From contig JBIPSI010000003.1 in assembly GCA_044070495.1 (NCBI GenBank), positions 160,001-224,000 of the forward strand: a stretch of DNA of 64,000 nt, given 5' to 3'. This document shows positions 62,093 through 64,000 of this stretch, piece by piece. A model generated the notes under the pieces. The model was given only the letters and a program-made list of their open reading frames with translations, was not told the DNA's origin and ran no database searches. The position numbers were made by a program, and so were the translations under genes. Each line of letters begins with the position of its first letter. Position 1 is the stretch's first letter. Source of the stretch: Spirulina sp. GTDB taxonomy: Bacteria; Cyanobacteriota; Cyanobacteriia; Phormidesmidales; Phormidesmidaceae.

Positions 62093-63301
62093 TTAGTCTG
62101 TGGTGATGATGCCTTCTTCGGGGTTGACCAGCCGCCAGAGTTTTTGTTTGATTTGCATATCAAACACATCCCATTTCAGGCGGTTGTAGTCGGAGTTTTC
62201 GTAAAAGCCGGAGAGGAAACCCACGGGAACTTCAAACCCTCCGGCCATGGATCGCCCACCGCCAAAGAAGCGCCCTGCGCCGTCTTGGCCAAAGGCTTCT
62301 TTGATGAATTCATCGGGATCAAGGGTAATTTTGCTGGTGCGTAGGGATCCGATGACGACCTCGCGCTCCTCGTCCTCGTCGTGGACGATGCCGTAGACCA
62401 CGGCGGTGTGGATATTCTCTTCGGTGACCAGGAAATCGGCGGCCTGGGGGATGGCGTCCCGGTCTTCGTAGCGCAGATAGCCAACCCCAGCAATGGACAC
62501 GTTATTTTGCACCTTGCGATTGCGTAGGGACCGTTCAATCACATCCATCACCCGCTTTGACCGGGAGGCTTGCAGCACTGCATTTAAAAGCTGGCCGTCG
62601 TAGAACTGGCTAAGGTAGGCGGCGGCTAAAAAGTCATCGGCGGCGGCGTTCATCAGTTGATTCGTGTCGGCCCGTAGCCCGTGCATCAGGGCGGTGGCGC
62701 ATTTGGCGTGCTTGGTGTTGCTGCGGTCTAGGCGCAACAGCCCCTGCTGAAGATACTGAGTGAGGATGGTGGCGGTGGCGCGAATGTGGGGGCGCAGGTC
62801 GATATATTCTGCATCTAGGGTGGACTGCGGGGCGTGGTGATCGATCACCAGCACCAGGGGAACCCCCGCGTTGCGCACGGGCTGATACAAATGGCTGGTG
62901 GTGCCCTGGTTATCGACCAGCACCACGCCTTGATATTGGTCGAGGTTGGGGCCGTCGTTGTTGGCGAGGATCCAGCGGCGGGCGGGTAACCCCGTGAGCT
63001 TGACTAGGGCAATATTTTCCTGGTGGCTGAGGGTGCCGCCATAGAAAATATCGCAGTCGATACCGTAGGTGGCGGCAATGAGTTTGTAGGCCCAGGCCGA
63101 GGAGAGGGCATCGGGATCGGGAAAGTCTTGCAGTAATAGAAGTTGACGGTCGCCCCGGTGGGCTTCCAGCAGTTTACGCACCGCTGGCACCGGACAGTCT
63201 GAGTCTTGGTCGATGGCTTCAAGGTCGGTTGTCCCTGCTCCCTTGGGCGACCCCGCCGGAGCCGTGCTATCAGCTGTAGAGTCTAGGGTTGTCGCTGCCA
63301 T
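62093..63301 (-). CDS. DHH-family phosphoesterase (NrnA-like)
   Basis: PDPDA, LVD, IDHH, DT and GGG...AGG motifs. Confidence 0.9.
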   Translation of the reverse strand: MAATTLDSTADSTAPAGSPKGAGTTDLEAIDQDSDCPVPAVRKLLEAHRGDRQLLLLQDFPDPDALSSAWAYKLIAATYGIDCDIFYGGTLSHQENIALVKLTGLPARRWILANNDGPNLDQYQGVVLVDNQGTTSHLYQPVRNAGVPLVLVIDHHAPQSTLDAEYIDLRPHIRATATILTQYLQQGLLRLDRSNTKHAKCATALMHGLRADTNQLMNAAADDFLAAAYLSQFYDGQLLNAVLQASRSKRVMDVIERSLRNRKVQNNVSIAGVGYLRYEDRDAIPQAADFLVTEENIHTAVVYGIVHDEDEEREVVIGSLRTSKITLDPDEFIKEAFGQDGAGRFFGGGRSMAGGFEVPVGFLSGFYENSDYNRLKWDVFDMQIKQKLWRLVNPEEGIITTD

Positions 63302-63527
63302 GGAACTGCCAAAGTGGGGGGCGTAAAGCGGAAAATCGTTAGGAAATAACCTAAGGCCATTTATTAATTATGGCAAATCCCCAGACCGGCACGTTTTTAA
63401 ACCATGACGAGAATGGCGTTTTGAGAGGCAGGACTATTTTTAGCTAAGTTTGGATTAACGATGGCCCATGGGGTGGTTTGGCGGCCAATCGCTACAATGG
63501 GCACTGTCCCCTCACGATTTCGCGGCC

Positions 63528-63992
63528 ATGAAGACTTTCCTCGTTGCCCTGGTTACCTGTTTGGCGCTGGTGGGTCTGCCCAGTGCGGCCTGGGCTCACC
63601 AAATTGAAACCTTTTATACCCTGGGTAATCAATTAGAGTTTCAGTCGGTGTTTAGTGATGGATCACCCTTTGTGGGGGCCACCGTCACCATCTATGCCCC
63701 CAATCACCCCGACCGTCCTTGGCAAACCCTCACCACCGATGACGAAGGGCGCTTTGCCTTTGTCCCGGATGAATCTATTTCCGGTGATTGGGAAGTCGCC
63801 ATCGAGTCGGAAGACGTTAGCCATGCCGACTACTGGACGGTGCCCGTGGGCGACAGGGGCATTATCTACGACGGCATTAGCCTAGACGATAGCCTGGATC
63901 GCCATTACGTGATGGCCATGGCCACCCTCACCCCTTGGCTGATGGCCGTGGTCAGCGGCTTGGGTTGGGCCTGGTGGAAAAAGCGCCGCTAA
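63528..63992 (+). CDS. Exported carboxypeptidase-regulatory-like domain protein, paralog of 56317-56856
   Basis: Signal peptide AWA|HQ, FSDG.P...A.VTIYAP..P..PWQT.TTD.EGRF.F.PD...G.WEV motif and a C-terminal TM + KKRR. Confidence 0.75.
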   Translation: MKTFLVALVTCLALVGLPSAAWAHQIETFYTLGNQLEFQSVFSDGSPFVGATVTIYAPNHPDRPWQTLTTDDEGRFAFVPDESISGDWEVAIESEDVSHADYWTVPVGDRGIIYDGISLDDSLDRHYVMAMATLTPWLMAVVSGLGWAWWKKRR

Positions 63993-64000
63993 TTCCTAAG

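Overview
This is a GC-rich chromosomal window from a filamentous cyanobacterium (Leptolyngbya/Nodosilinea-like, inferred from gene content: fraCDE, ndhL, PSRP-3, CP12, cyAbrB and an intron-containing tRNA-Leu(UAA)). Most of it is housekeeping: eno, zur, purS/Q/H/D, mtnP, trpA, thiE, cobO, pfkA, cysK, atpD/C, ppk1, hisH and rsmD. It also holds a HlyD-ABC export operon, a hicBA pair, a type II P-type ATPase, four Uma2-family genes and a CbiMQO ECF transporter with two extra exported proteins. I saw no transposase, integrase, CRISPR array or recognisable defence island. The most notable unexplained signals are: (i) many small intergenic elements (GTAG-type REPs and MITE-like units) in which the same hairpin cores sit inside different terminal inverted repeats, with one core translated in frame inside an ABC ATPase; (ii) an ECF Co/Ni operon with His/Cys-motif exported partners and a detached paralog; (iii) a membrane-anchored tandem alpha/beta-hydrolase; (iv) an enolase with motifs atypical for cyanobacteria; (v) a CP12 variant lacking both cysteine pairs. 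All calls come from motif recognition by eye and no database searches were run. Where a start codon was shortened relative to the ORF track, the chosen start is my inference.
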